Assembly (NCBI RefSeq): GCF_006345805.1
Contig: NC_042999.1
Span: 149,048,001-149,112,000 of the forward strand
Reading direction: 5' to 3'
Length of the DNA: 64,000 bases
DNA from: Octopus sinensis
Taxonomy: Eukaryota
Position numbers and translations under genes: made by a program
Shown here: one piece after another, positions 35,564 to 49,298 of the stretch
Position numbering within the stretch: position 1 is the stretch's first letter
How the letters are laid out: each line of letters begins with the position of its first letter
Notes under the pieces: generated by a model
Told to the model about the DNA's origin: nothing
Databases searched by the model: none
The model's input: only the letters and a program-made list of their open reading frames with translations

Positions 35564-36430
35564 TCTACTACATATGTGGGAAATCCTGTCCGGTTGTGTT
35601 TGGGGAGTTGTTAGTTAACTCCCCTTACATCGTTTTATCGATTTCGATTAAACTTGACACGTGAGTAGAACACATGTCAGGAAACCACATGGCATACTCA
35701 GATTGCTGAAAAAAAAAATCGATAACGGTCCCTGGAAGGGATCCTTATATATCTGATATATTTCATTTTATCAGCCAAGGGAAATAATCCATTCCTTTTC
35801 TTAAATCATTTGGTATAAATCAAATTGAGTATGCTTATTTCTTAGTATTTGAACTGTTAGAATTATTTTCGCAATTTATCCAGTACAACCCTTAAACAAG
35901 TAAATAGTATTTTCCTAAACAATAGATCCACTTATTTCGGTTAGTGACTTATTCACGAATATACCTACACTGGAGCCGCTGAGGGTAATATTCTCTGGGA
36001 ACGCACAAAATCCATTTTCAGAGTTATTTACTTTGAATTGTTATTATCTCATATCTGATTAGCCTGTTATTACGTAACATGCTTCACGATTTTAGTATAC
36101 ATATCTTATTAGTATCTTCTCCTAAGTTCTGTATACTCTGGGAACGCATTAAAGCTCTTTTCAGGGCTACTTTATTTGAATTCTTACTATCGGATAACTA
36201 ATTTCATGTTATTACATAACTGACTTCACAATTTGGGTATTCATAACTTATTGGGAATTCCTACAAACAAGATCCTGTGTAAGACAGTTCGATATTCCCT
36301 ATGAATGCACAAAAACCATTTTAAGGGCTACATAATTTGTATTGTTGTTATTGGATTAGCGAAACAATTATGAGAATGGAACCAAAGGATAAGCCCAGCT
36401 TTCCCGGAAATTACCGGGTATGTCAGCTAA
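35564..36430 (+). mobile_element. Non-autonomous Helitron
   Basis: 5' A|TC (TCTACTACATA); 3' hairpin CCCGG-aaatta-CCGGG (36403-36418) 8 nt before CTAA|T (CTRR); internal degenerate ~150-bp repeats. Confidence 0.65.
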
Positions 36431-36961
36431 TAATATAATATATACGCGTGTGTGTGAAGACGCGTGGCCTAGTGAGTAGGGTGTAGCACTTACAATTGTA
36501 AGATCGTGGTTTCGCTTCACAGACCGGGCGGTGCACTCTATTCTTGAGCAAAACTCATCATGTCTATTTAACACAAGACTTGTTTGTAAATAAACATGGC
36601 ACCAAGAATAATAACACATTACAAAAATGAGTAAGAATACCATACCTTTGTAATCCTAACTTCTTTTTAGCTTTTTTCCTATTTTCGGCTACTGACGAGT
36701 AACGTTTGACAACCCAGATTCTTAAAATGAAATTATTGTCTTTCTGTATGAAACGATTGTATAGCTACCTGAATAAAAAAAAATATCATCCATATTAACA
36801 TCTAATCTCCCCCATTTATGTAAAATATGATTGGATTTGTTGAACTTTGTTTAATAAGTTAAATCATATACTTAATATGAAATAATGGAATAATTACTAT
36901 GAAGCACTGTGTAGAATATATTGTATAAAGGATCGTGGGTAAGGCCAGAACAATGCAAAGT

Positions 36962-37930
36962 AAATGCAAGGGAAATCACAAGAAAACAAACATATGAATT
37001 AATGTAGACTTACCTTGCATTCAATATTTCAGGGTTTTGACCCCATTTTCAAGTCAGTTTCTTGAAAATGGGGTCATAACCCCGAAATATTTATTTCTTT
37101 ATTACCCACGGGGGCTAAACATAGAGGGGACAAACTAGGATAGACAAAGGAATTAAGTCGATTATATCGACCTCGGTGCGTAACTGGTACTTATTTAATT
37201 GACTCCGAAAGGATGAAAGGCAAAGTCGACATCGGCAGAATTTGAACATAACAGCAGACGAAATACCTATTTCTTTACTGCCAACAAGGAGCTACACACA
37301 GAGGGGACAAACGGATTAAGTCGATTATATCGACCCCAGTGCGTAACTGATACTTGATTTATCGACCCCGAAAGGATGAAAGGCAAAATCGACCTCGGCG
37401 GAATTTGACCTCAGAATGTAACGGCAAGCGAAATACCTATTTCATTATTACCCACAAGGGGCTAAACATAGAGGGGACAAACAAGGACAGACATAGGTAT
37501 TAAGTCGATTACATCGACCCCAGTGCGTAACTGGTACTTAATTTATCGACCCCGAAAGGATGAAAGGCAAAGTCGACATCGGCGGAATTTGACCTCAGAA
37601 TGTAACGGCAAGCGAAATACCTATTTCTTTATTACCCACAAGCGGCTAAACACAGAGGGGACAAACAAGGACAGACATAGGTATTAAGTCGATTACATCG
37701 ACCCCAGTGCGTAACTGGTGCTTAATTTATCGACCCCGAAAGGTTGAAAGGCAAAGTCGACCTCGGCGGAATTTGAACTCACAACGTAACGCAGACGAAA
37801 TACCGCTAAGCATTTCGCCGGGCGTGCTAACGGTTCTGCCGGCTCGCCACCTTATAATCCCGAAATATTGAATGTAAGGTAAGTCTACATTAATTCATAT
37901 ATTTGTTTTCTTGGAATTTGCTTTGCATAT
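36962..37930. repeat. ~90-bp-arm palindrome interrupted by a SINE concatemer
   Basis: Left arm 36962-37053 is the approximate reverse complement of 37061-37091 joined to 37870-37930. Confidence 0.85.
37092..37853 (-). mobile_element. Family-B SINE head-to-tail tetramer (one head, four bodies), 16-bp TSD
   Basis: Units start at ~37092, 37268, 37438, 37622; TSD ataa(c/t)cccgaaatatt at 37076-37091 and 37854-37869. Confidence 0.9.
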
Positions 37931-38349
37931 GTAAGCCATGCCTTGAAATGTGTAACGGCAGAAATTAAATTGTAAACAATTATATGGTAAACAATAAAAT
38001 GGATTTGGTACATAGCAGGATGGAATGTCAGCGTCGTAATCAATTTGTAAGGATTGGTTCTTCGTTGATTGCCATTATGTAAAGATGAAAGAACAGTGAT
38101 TGAAATTGTGAAGAAAATATTTATTTGCCGTTACACTGAATATACCTTGCCTCGACGGGCAAGAGGTAAAGTCCAAAAGCATGCGAAGTAAAAAGGTTAA
38201 TTTTGGCCTCTATGTTCTTATTGTAGTAGTAAACCATAGAGAGAGATATGGTAATGTGCAGAGAAGAGAAAGTGAGTTAGTGAAAGTGAGAGAGTGTGGG
38301 ATGAAACAACTGATTTGTTGGTGAGTTACCGTAGTTGTCATTTTCGTGC

Positions 38350-39094
38350 CCTTATCTCTAGAGACGCACATATCAGAAATAGTTTAAAAAAACTCCGTTC
38401 TGGAGATTTTTCACTCAAAGACGACCAGCGTTCTGGTCAACTTACTGAAGTTGATGATGACCGAATCAAAGCCATAACTGAATCTGAGAGATTGCAGAGA
38501 CGTTAAATGTATCACACACAGCAATTGAAAATCACTTAAAATGTCTTGGACTCGTTAAGAAGCTCGATTATAGGGTTCCACGTTGATTGCAAGAGATTCA
38601 CTTAACACAACGAATCAATATTTGCGATATGCATCTCAAACGCAAGGAAATCGACTGGAGGAAAAAAAAAAAAAACGACCAGAATTGGCAAATCGTAAAG
38701 GAATCGTGTTCCACCATGACAACGCTAGACCACATACGTCTTTGCTAACTCGTGAAAAATTATTGGAGCTTGGTTGGGAAGTGATGTCACATCCACCATA
38801 TAGCCCTGACCTTGCACCATCAGATTATCATTTATTTCGAAGTTTGCGAAATTCTTTGAATGGTAAAACTTTCAATAAGGAGGATGACCTGAAATCGCAC
38901 TTGCATCAGTTTTTGGCTGATAAGGACCAGAAGTTCTATGAACGCGGAATCATGAAGCTGCCAGAATGATGGCAAAAGGTCATCGAACAAAATGGAAAAT
39001 GTATAACTGATTAAAGTTCATTCTTTGCATGAAAAAAGAAATGACTTTTATTTCACACTAAAAAAATCGAAATTACTTTCTTGCCAACCCAATA
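38350..39094 (+). mobile_element. mariner (D,D34D) transposon remnant, internally deleted, with right TIR
   Basis: HDNARPH...PPYSPDLAPSDYHLF with 34 residues between the last two catalytic Asp; right TIR ...aattactttcttgccaacccaa|TA at ~39064-39094. Confidence 0.9.
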
Positions 39095-40541
39095 CAATGG
39101 AAAATAACACGCGTTTGATCAGAAATTCACCCATAACCAATAAACATATTTAAATATACTACATTAATAAAAGTTAGGTTTACATAAACGTGTTTACGTA
39201 CGTCCATGTTTGTACAGATTAACCGAATAATTCATGTTTTGTGTAAATGAGTAAATGAATGAAGCAAACAGCAAGATACTATACAGAAAACTTCAAGTTC
39301 ACGTACAAATAACTAGTCTCCATTAATAGTTAACTGTTTTTCTATGTATTCTGCTTTTCTCCCATTTATTAACTGCTACCTCTTGCAACCTGTAAAGTTA
39401 CTCCCCAGACACTAAATTATATTTTTTCTCAAAATACGATGCCAAAATTAAATCTTAATCTGAACTGATGGAATCGTTAACACGCCGGAAAAATGCCTAG
39501 CGGTATTTCGTCCGTCCTTACGTTCTAAGTTCAAATTCCGCCGAGGTCGACTTTGCCTTTCATCCTTTCGGGGTCGATAAATTAAGTACCAGTGAAACAC
39601 TGGGATCGATGTAATCGATAAGTCCTCTTCCCCAAATTTCAGGCCTTGTACCTTTAGTAGAAAGTATTATTTATCTCTCCCACCCTTCCCCGCTTTTAGC
39701 TGTTAGCTTTGGCGGCGCGCTGGCAGAATCGTTAACATGCCAGACGAAATACTTAGAGGCATTTCTTTCGGCTTTAAGTTCTCAGTTCAAATTTCGCCGA
39801 GGTCAACTTTGTCTTTCATCCTGTCAGGATTGATAAAAATAAGTACTAATTGAGAACTAGGGTCAACGTAATCGACTTAACCGCTCCTATAAAATTCCAG
39901 GTCTTCTACCTATAGTAGGAAGAATATTTCTATAAACACTGGTTTCTGACGATGCTCTAAGGTCAAACATATCTTGATGAGGATATCTCTTTTAAATCGA
40001 CTCCTGTTTTGAGTTGGTAATCATTCTTTCGACTCTAGAAAGATGAAAGGCAAAGGTAACTCAGGCAAGGGACATGACTAAATACCAATGCCAGCTCGGC
40101 AGCAGTTGAATGACTGAAACAAGTAAAAGAGTAATTTAGTCAAGCAACATTCGCCAGAGAATATATAGTATATTTTCCCCTAATATAAGTCATGCTGCAC
40201 ATTTATACAGCGACATTCATACAAGCTCCACCACGCCACACCACACAAAAACTGCAACACATCTATCCTCGTTTATGACGGTTGTTTGTTTACAAGCAAA
40301 AAACACCGTATTAAGTGAATCAGTGATAAATGAATAATAGAAAATATGGAGGAAATAGGTTAGGTTCCGAGATCCCAAGTTGTCCTGAGCATTGTGGTTG
40401 GTTGCTGGGGTGTGCTTTTGCGGTCCAAGAAGAATCTTTGACTGAGTGCCGACCAGTGTTATCACAAATCAATCCGTGATAAGCGTAACACGATTTACAA
40501 GTGAGCGTACTATGTCATCGAGGATCAATGATGAATGAACG

Positions 40542-40837
40542 TGGAGGCACATGGCCTGGTGGTTAGAGCAGCGGACTCACGGTTGAGGGATCGCAGGTTC
40601 GAATCTCAGACCGGGCGATGTGTGTGTTTATGAGCGAAACACCCAAGCTCCACGTGGCTCCGGCAGAAGGTAATGGCGAACTTCTGCTGACTCTTTCGCC
40701 ACAACTTTCTCTTACTCTTTCCTCCTGCGTCTTACAGCTTACCTGCGACGGACCGGCGTTCCGTCTAGGTGGGGAACCTACACGCCATGGAAACCGGGAA
40801 ACCGGCCCTTATGAGCTAGGCATGACTTGAGAAGGAA
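40542..40837 (+). mobile_element. tRNA-derived SINE family C with 16-bp TSD
   Basis: A box TGGCCTGGTGG, B box GGTTCGAATCT; CAATGATGAATGAACG at 40526-40541 and 40838-40853. Confidence 0.88.
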
Positions 40838-41779
40838 CAATGATGAATGAACGAGGATAGATGTAGACAGGAAAAAAAAAGACAGAACAAAACCTAGAAA
40901 AATATTTAATAAATATTTGTTATGAGGACCCACAAGTGTAAGTTGCTGGTCTTCGGTCAAAATTTTTGCCTCGGAACTTTCGAAGTTGTGACAGTTTCCA
41001 GTAATTTATTTCCACAAGGAAAAGTGGATTACAGCCAACACTACATTGGGATAATCTGGAAAATATTTTGTCCTCGTAACAAGAGCTCGTTGTAGCTCTC
41101 TTGGTCGGCAAAGTAACAGAATTGTTCGGGCGTCGGATAGAATGCTCCGACTCTTTGAGCTCTAAAATCATTTCCATCGAAGTTAACTTCGACTGCCATC
41201 CCTTCGGATTCAATAAAAATGTACTAGTTCAAAGCAGCAGCTTGGCAAAACAGTAAAAACGTCGGACCAAATGTCTAGTGATATTCATTCCAGCTCTTTC
41301 TGTTCTGAGTTCAAATCGCATTATGGCCTGTATGACCTGTGCTGCTCGGTTTAACACAACCATTTGGCGCCTCGTGTGCTTTCAGCGGATTTCTAAGGAT
41401 AACTTCCCCTTCTCTCCTACCAGAGGCTTTACAACGAGTCGTAGGTTTGACCCCCCTCTTCCTGATTAAAAGATAAAAAAAAATCTCCTAAAGAAAAACA
41501 TTTTGCAAAAACAAAAAAAAAAAAGTAATTTTGGTATCTATCTCCCACATATTACGATCTCTTAAATCATAGTATTACTCCTTGCTTGTAAGTACAGTTA
41601 AATGTACAGTTAAATGTGGCAGACGAGTACAAAAGATTCTCAAGGAAATTAAAGTAAGAAATATGGTTTACTGTGTTACCAGCACTTGAAGTTTGTAGAG
41701 GCTTCCACACTAACAAATTGATGGTATAAATTATAGCCAGGTTTAATGTTTGAGTCTGTCTCAGATCAAGACACTGCAA

Positions 41780-42110
41780 TTGACTTTACAGATTTTAGGG
41801 TTTCAAAAGAAAAGTCGATTATACATGGATCGTTTTATTTCGTTTGTGATTGTTAATCTTGTTGCTAGGGATCTTGTATCGAAGACGGATGAGATAGTGT
41901 TACGAGGTGGATTAATGTAGATGACGCTGTAGCTAAAGTTTGTTATTATAGTGACACAGAAATAATGCAGATCGTTGAAAGTCTTGAGAAAGAAAATAGT
42001 GGAGAGGAAAGCAACAATGAAAATGAGAAAGATGCAGCAGAAAGTATTTTTACAGATAGGTTAATTCAGTAAACGGGCAAAGTGTTAAAGTGTTCAGAAC
42101 AACACAGTTT
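41780..42110 (+). pseudogene. Probable pogo/Tigger-like transposase acidic C-terminal remnant
   Basis: Frame reads VTRWINVDDAVAKVCYYSDTEIMQIVESLEKENSGEESNNENE; no start codon or splice context. Confidence 0.4.
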
Positions 42111-45100
42111 TATAACTCCGTCTAGCAATCTTCGCTCACTATTACTGGAGGGTCGTTGGGATAGAGTCCTCAGGGATCTTCTCCATAAGATCCTACCTGA
42201 AGCAACTGCCATTAGACTTTCCAGCTGGATTCCCAAGCTCTGACAAACTGAGACTGGATATTATCCACTCATCTCTAGGTCTCCTGCCGGTTGGCTTGGC
42301 TTAAAGAATTCGCGTTGCGATTCTTTCCTACGACATTCTAATCAGATGTCTAATCAAATGTCTGACCTTTCAATGCAGAAGAGCAGCGGTTCGACCCTGC
42401 TCTCCAATTAACGATACTCTAGAGGTCTTTCGGAGGAACTCCATTTCGGCGGCTTATATTCGCGATCGTACTCTTTCGTTCATAACTCTTTTACTCTTTC
42501 ACTTGTTTCAGTCATTTGACTGTGGCCATGCTGGAGCACCGCCTTTATTCGAGCAAATCGACCACAGGACTTATTCTTTGTAAGCCTAGTACTTATTCCA
42601 TCGGTCTCTTTTGCCGAACCGCTAAGTTAACTCGGAATTTTGTCAGTGAACAGGTCGCGGTCTCAAAGCGACGAAAATATTTTGACAAATTAAATTTAAA
42701 TGTTGAAGTAAATCTAACGGTTTTTGTGTATTTCTTAAATGGCTTATAAACACCTTCCACGCTGCAATTGTTTTCGTTCCAGCACACGATCTCAGATCAG
42801 GTCACTTGCTATGCAAGTACATCTCAGTAACATTTTTTAGAGTTGACTAAAAATCTTGCAGCATAAAACCTGACATTTGAAAATTCAGTGTCATCGAACT
42901 CTGTTCACCCAAATGAGCTCCTGTCGTCATCACCAGTTCCTGAAGAAGATAAAAGTGCAAGTTTCGCCTCTAGTTCCTGTTATCTTAGTCACTTTACAAG
43001 ATGAAGGTGGGATCCTACCATTCCTCACTTTCTCATATAAAACTGTATATTTTCAATATCACTAATAGATTGGATTTGGGAGATGTGCGTCTGTCACTTT
43101 TGCTCTTTCTATACATACGTATCAATTTATGAATGTATATATGTACAGTGCGGCAAAATAACCTTCCATTCACCTATCTACTAATTTCAGGTCTTCTCTT
43201 CGGAAGCTGCAGTGATGAACTTTTTTGTTTACACGATTCAACAAAATTACGAAACCTGTATCCTTTATTTTATATGTTCTTTTTAAAATTTCACTTACAG
43301 TTTTCTCTTAAAGTCTCTTTTTTTCCCCTTCAAAACCAACTTGTACAGATTTACTGGTAAAATGAAGTCATCAGCTGTTGTATAAATGTTCTGTATTAGT
43401 CTGGTCACCAAGGATCCAACAAAACTCACTAAACTAGCGTTCCACAGTTGTCAACGATGCTGCATTAATGACGGTCGATTGCTTATGAAGCCATGAGATG
43501 AATACGTAGCACTTAAGTCGAGCAAGGGAGCGTTTCTTATGACTTTCTACTATCTTTAGCCTATTAGAGCAAGTTGGACTCTAAGCTGCGGCGAAGGCAA
43601 CAGATTAAGAACTCTTATAGAAAAGCCTAAGGTGTGTTGTTCATTAAGGTAGTAGCAAGCGTTTGTACGAACATTTTGCTATCGGCATCTGCAAAAAGAT
43701 TCGCTGGTTCTACGCAAGCCTTCACCGCTGAAAACAAATCATTGGCATGGGAAGTCTAGTCTAACGGCCATAATATTAACCGTTAGACCCTCATACGTCG
43801 AAGCCAATGGGAGAACCCATTACTATGTATGTATGCATGTATGTATGTATGTATGTATGTATGTATGTATGTATGTATGTATGTATGTATGTATGCATGC
43901 ATGTATGTATGTACGTACGTAAGTATGTATTTATGTGTGTTTGAGCGTATGTATGCGTGTGCATGTGTAAGAAAGAGGAGGAGAAATACAGTGAAGACAA
44001 GAGGAAGCAGTATTTTGTTGTGTAAATGCAATTGTGAATGTATGTAAATTGGTACACATATGAGCTGCATATAAAACGCGCGCGTGTGTGTGTATGTGTG
44101 CGTGTGTCTTGAGTGTTTTTGTGTGTGTATGTGATACACGATGTGTGTGTGTGTGTGTGTGAGTTGTATCTTTGATGCATGTTTTGTTTGTATAGGTGTG
44201 TATTCGCGGTCATCTATGTATAAGACATGAGCGGGAGGAGGGGTGAATGTATATATGAGTGTTAGAGTGAATGTTCGTTAACTCAGTTGTCTAATAACCC
44301 AACATGCAGCTAAGCTAGTAACTCTGGACTAATTGACATTAAGTAGTGTATAAAAGTAGAAGAGGTGATGCATAGTTTACCTGTAGCAGAGCATCAACTT
44401 AGCTTACACACACACACACATATATATACATTAATCAATAGATCTCTCTCGATCTCTATCTTCGCTATTTTCTGCTTGATTTAGGTCAGTTTAGTAGCAT
44501 ATGGCGACTGGAATTACACGTTAGCCGCCACCCCGAGTCGTGCACCAGCGAGCTTTGGTAAGTGTCTTCATATTTCAGACATATATATTCAACAAATAGA
44601 CTTTTGAAACTTTCTTTTGTATATCTTCACTGAGAATACTTTACTTTCTCGTTATTTCACTTCTAACACCATCATTGTCTACATCTATATCGTTACATTT
44701 ACAATAAATATCCATAACTAATAATGCTTGTAACACCGTTTAACAATTTCAAATAGCGAAGACAAACAATGATAGTTTGCTTGCACAATGGTTTCTTTGG
44801 TGGGGCATTTCGGCGATTGAATCAGGGATGCTTGGTGTATATTTATCGATCTTAAATGAGAGGAAAGTAAAGTGGACCTCGGTTGGATCTCGAATTTAGA
44901 AAGCAAACAGAAAACCCCCAGAAAAAAAAAAGTGAAAAAAAAAAAAAGAAAAAAAGAAAAGAAAAAGAACTCAATGAAAGTTACTCCTTTGCTTTACCAT
45001 TCCTGCTAATTCTGTACGCGGGAGATACAAATAGGGCTACCTGACTAATAAACCAACGGGCGTCTGTGTAAAAGAGGAGTGAGTATCGAGTGGCGTTCAT

Positions 45101-45192
45101 GCCTCTCTTAAAGACAGCGAACAAACTGAAATAAAATAGCTATCCTATAGTCTGGAAAAGAAACTGTGTTGGAGACTTAATTCGCAACATCC

Positions 45193-45352
<160 letters not shown>

Positions 45353-46077
45353 CCAGTTAAAGAAATGACGTGAATGTTGAATTTTGTCATCCAGACTATA
45401 ATTTATATGGATAGATGTCTGTGTGTGTAATTTCTGCTCAGTACTTTTGTGCTAGTGATGGTGTTGGTGTCAAAGATGGACAGCATTGTATTTTCCCCCA
45501 CTTTTAAAATATTCTAGCAAAAGAAACAAAAATATCATCCAGGGAGAATGTCTCGTAGAAAGAAAGTATTTTACAAATTAAAAATTTCTTCAAGTTTGTA
45601 TTTCTCTCGTTTTCATATTAGTAATTCCCTACCGTTTGTTGCAACACTGACTCTCAAGTATTTATTTGTCGATCTCTGTTGACTGAATGTTTAAGTTACT
45701 TTTTCATGTAAAGGGACGCAACTTCAAACACAGTTTTGTACTGGTATACACAGGCACATACACACACGAAGGCACACAGACATGCGCGCGCGCACACATA
45801 CATATGCATACACACGCACACACGCATGTACACACACATGCGCACACATACACGCACACAATACCCCATGCACGCGCACACACACACGCACGCACGAACA
45901 CACACACACACACACACACTAGGACACACACTAGGACACACACACACACTCAGACTCACACACAAGGTACTCTTAAAATTGAATTAAAAACTCTTGATAA
46001 CATTTGGCAACATTTATTGACAACGCAAACGCTCACTATAGGTGTAAAATCTATTTGTGGGGCAGAAATATAGTCAC

Positions 46078-46832
46078 TATGTATGTATGTATGTATGTAT
46101 GTATGTATGTATGTATGTATGTATGTATGTATGTGTGTATGTGTGTATGTATGTATGTATGTATGTATGTATGTATGTATGTATGTATGTATGTATGTGT
46201 GTGTGTGTCGTGTGTGTATGTGTGTATGTATATATGTATGCATGTATGTATGTATGTATGTATGTGTGTGTGTCGTGTGTGTGTATGTATGTGTGCATGT
46301 AAATGTGTGGGTGTACGTATGTATGTACTTACCTATGTATGTATGTATGTATGTATGTATGTACGTATGTACGTATGTATGTATGTATGTATGTATGTAT
46401 GTATGTATGTATGCAAGTGTGTGTGTATGTATATGTGCATGTGTGTATGTGTACGTATGTATGTGTGTGGTGTATGTGTGTGTAATGTGTGTGTAATTTG
46501 TGCGTGTGTGTGTAGTGTATGTATGCAAGTATGTACGTATGTATGTGTGTATGTATGTATGTAATTGTGTGTGTATGTATGTATATGTGTGTATGTATGT
46601 GTGTGTATGTGTGTGTATGTATGTGTGTGTATGTATGTATGTTTGTATGTATGTGTGTATGTATGAATTTATGTATGTGTGTATGTATGTGTATGTATGT
46701 GTTGTATGTGTGTGTGTATGTATGTGTGTATGCGTGTATGTATGTAGATAGGTGGGTATGTATGTGTGTGTATGTATGCATGTGTGTGTATGCATATATG
46801 TGTGTGTGTATGTGTGTATGTATGTATGTATG
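46078..46832. repeat. Compound (TATG)n/(TG)n low-complexity tract
   Basis: Seen directly; similar tracts at 43825-43925, 48660-48952, 49948-50440, and (CA)n at 49101-49295. Confidence 0.95.
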
Positions 46833-47350
46833 TCAAATCACTTCTGAGGTCTCTCGTGAGTCCTACTGGTAGAAAGAATTCAGTAGAACTAGCTGCATGG
46901 CCGAGTCGTCGGCGACGAAACCGGTGCCCTTGCCTGGCTTGCTTGGTGAGTATGGTTGCTAGAAACCCAGAAGGACAGAAAACAAGACTCGACGAACGGA
47001 TGGATGATCCCAATGTAAGTTCAATGAATACCAAACAATAACACAGGCACTCAGAAAATCCAAGTTGGTGTCTGGTGGTTGTGGAAGACCGCTCGGTGTG
47101 AGGCACCTCTCAGTTTTGTCACTTGGGGAACGTCCCTCTAATATACATCCGGATATCAAGGAAAGGCGTTGGACATTTTGGGAATCTTTTGCTTGCGCTT
47201 GAGAACATGGAGCAAGATATCTTGCTTCGGCTTGTCTTTGGATCATGTCAAAAGAGTGGAGAATGTCAATGAGGTGTCGTACAAGTCTTATTGCACCTAA
47301 AATTTTGCACAGGTATTGTTTTGTCAGTGATGATCATACTCGCCTACGAG
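46833..47350 (-). mobile_element. Probable RLE-LINE 3' end/UTR embedded in (TATG)n
   Basis: GC-richer block bounded by TATG repeats on both sides; the minus strand has frameshifted KTIPV...ILGAI resembling an RLE C-terminus. Confidence 0.45.
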
Positions 47351-49208
47351 TATGTATGTATGTATGTAATTGTTCAGTTTTATTTTAAGACTCGCTGAAA
47401 GTGACCCGCTCTACGCGCGGGTGAGAGTGTGGTTGTTACTTTCTGTTGCTTCCTTTCAGCACGTAAAAAGCACCATCCGAACGTGGCCGATTGCAGCGCC
47501 GCCTTGACTGGCTTCTGTGCTGGTGGCACGTAAAAAGCACCAACCGATCGTGGCCGCTGCCAGCCCCCTTGGCACCTGTGCCGGTGGCACGAAAAAAGCA
47601 CTCATTACGCTCACAGAGTGGTTGGCGTTAGGAAGGTCATCCACCTGTAGAAACACTGCCAGATCAGACTGGAGCCTGGTGCAGCCTCCTGGTTTCCCCG
47701 ACCCCGGTCAAACTGTCCAACCCGTGCTAGCACGGAAAACGGACGTTAAACGATGATGATGATGATTCTCCCTCTTTGTTTCTCTCTCCTTTCTCTCTCA
47801 CTTTCCCACTCTCTTACTCTTCCTTTTTCTCGGACTCTCCCTCGCTTTCTCTTACTCTCTATCTTTATCTATCTCTCTCCCATTTATAAACAACAAAAGA
47901 TCTTGAGTAAGTTGAGAAAGATCAATCATAAATATCAGGCAGTAACAACGAAAAGGTCTGCTTCAAGGCAGACAGCAAAACACTAACATTTAAAAGGGAC
48001 AGACGAACTTGCGAGGTGAAAAAAAAAAAAAAAAAAAATTGGAAACCAAAGTTTGAAGGCACGAAAAATTTGCAGGGTTCTAAATAAATGTTAAAATGTA
48101 ATAGATACGAAAAACCTACGTTATCACCAGAACACAAACACTTGTTGGTGTGTTCTGTTTGTATTTGCTCCATCGGCGCGTTGACAGGCAGACAATAGAA
48201 TGCGATGGCGAGATATTTGTTAGAATGCGATGGCGAGATAATAATATTTGTTGTCATGATTGTGTGACGCCGTTTGACGAAGTGAAAGTGATGGGAAGAT
48301 AGGAAATAGAGTGAGTGAAAAAGTGCTGGGAAGGGAGGAAATAGCGTGAGTGAGTGAGGAAGACAGATACATTAAAGAATGGGAGTGGACTTGTCGAAGT
48401 GGGTTTTTGGCCCTAGCAACGACACCTTTATGGATTTCTAACGTAGCCCACGGGCATCGTCACCTCATTTTACATGTCCCTGTAAATTTTGGAGTCAATC
48501 CGACGGGTTCTAGTGGCCTTGAAAGCGATCCAAGCGGTCGAAACGCATTTCAGTTTTATATATAGAGATTTCTTGCCGATTGAGAAAGAGTTGGATTCTA
48601 ACCTAGATCCAAGGCTCCGTCGTTGGAATTTCAACATCAGCAACAGGGTAGATTTGTTTGTTTGTATGTATGTATGTATGTATGTATGTATGTATGTATG
48701 TATGTATGTATGTATGTATGTATTCATGCATGCATGTATGTATGTATATTTGTAGATTTGTATGTTTTGCTATATGTATGTATTCTCATGCATCTAGTTG
48801 TATATCTAGACATGATCATATATATGTATGTATATATGCATGCATGTATGTATGTACGTATGCATGTATGCATGTATGTATGTATGTATGTATGTATGTA
48901 TGTATGTATGTATGTATGTATGTATGTATGCTTGCATGCATGTATGTATGTATCGCTTGTGACCCTGACATATGTGCTCGAGATACGGAAAACGTTTTTA
49001 ACATTGCAATAGCTTTATTTTCGTTACCACAAGAGCTTGTAGTATATCTAAGTAGCCCATGCAATACCCGCGTGGGCAAAGATTCTGTTATGTTTCCACC
49101 TACACACACACACACACACACACGCACGCACGCACACACACACACACACACACACATACACACACGCACGCACACACACACACACACTCACACACACGCG
49201 CACGCACG

Positions 49209-49298
<90 letters not shown>

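Noticed and set aside
37950-38136. 11-bp inverted termini gtgtaacggca ... tgccgttacac
   Set aside because: Could be a small MITE or LTR, but it is single-copy in the window with no TSD; insufficient support.
40542-40615. tRNA genes at SINE heads (also ~33648, 59860, 62900, 63890)
   Set aside because: A/B boxes are present but each continues into a repeated SINE body, often with a TSD; I could not form a full cloverleaf.
44495-44557. Apparent exon ending in GTAAGT
   Set aside because: ctttggtaagtgtcttc matches the SINE motif ccttgggcaagtgtcttc; likely a decayed SINE.
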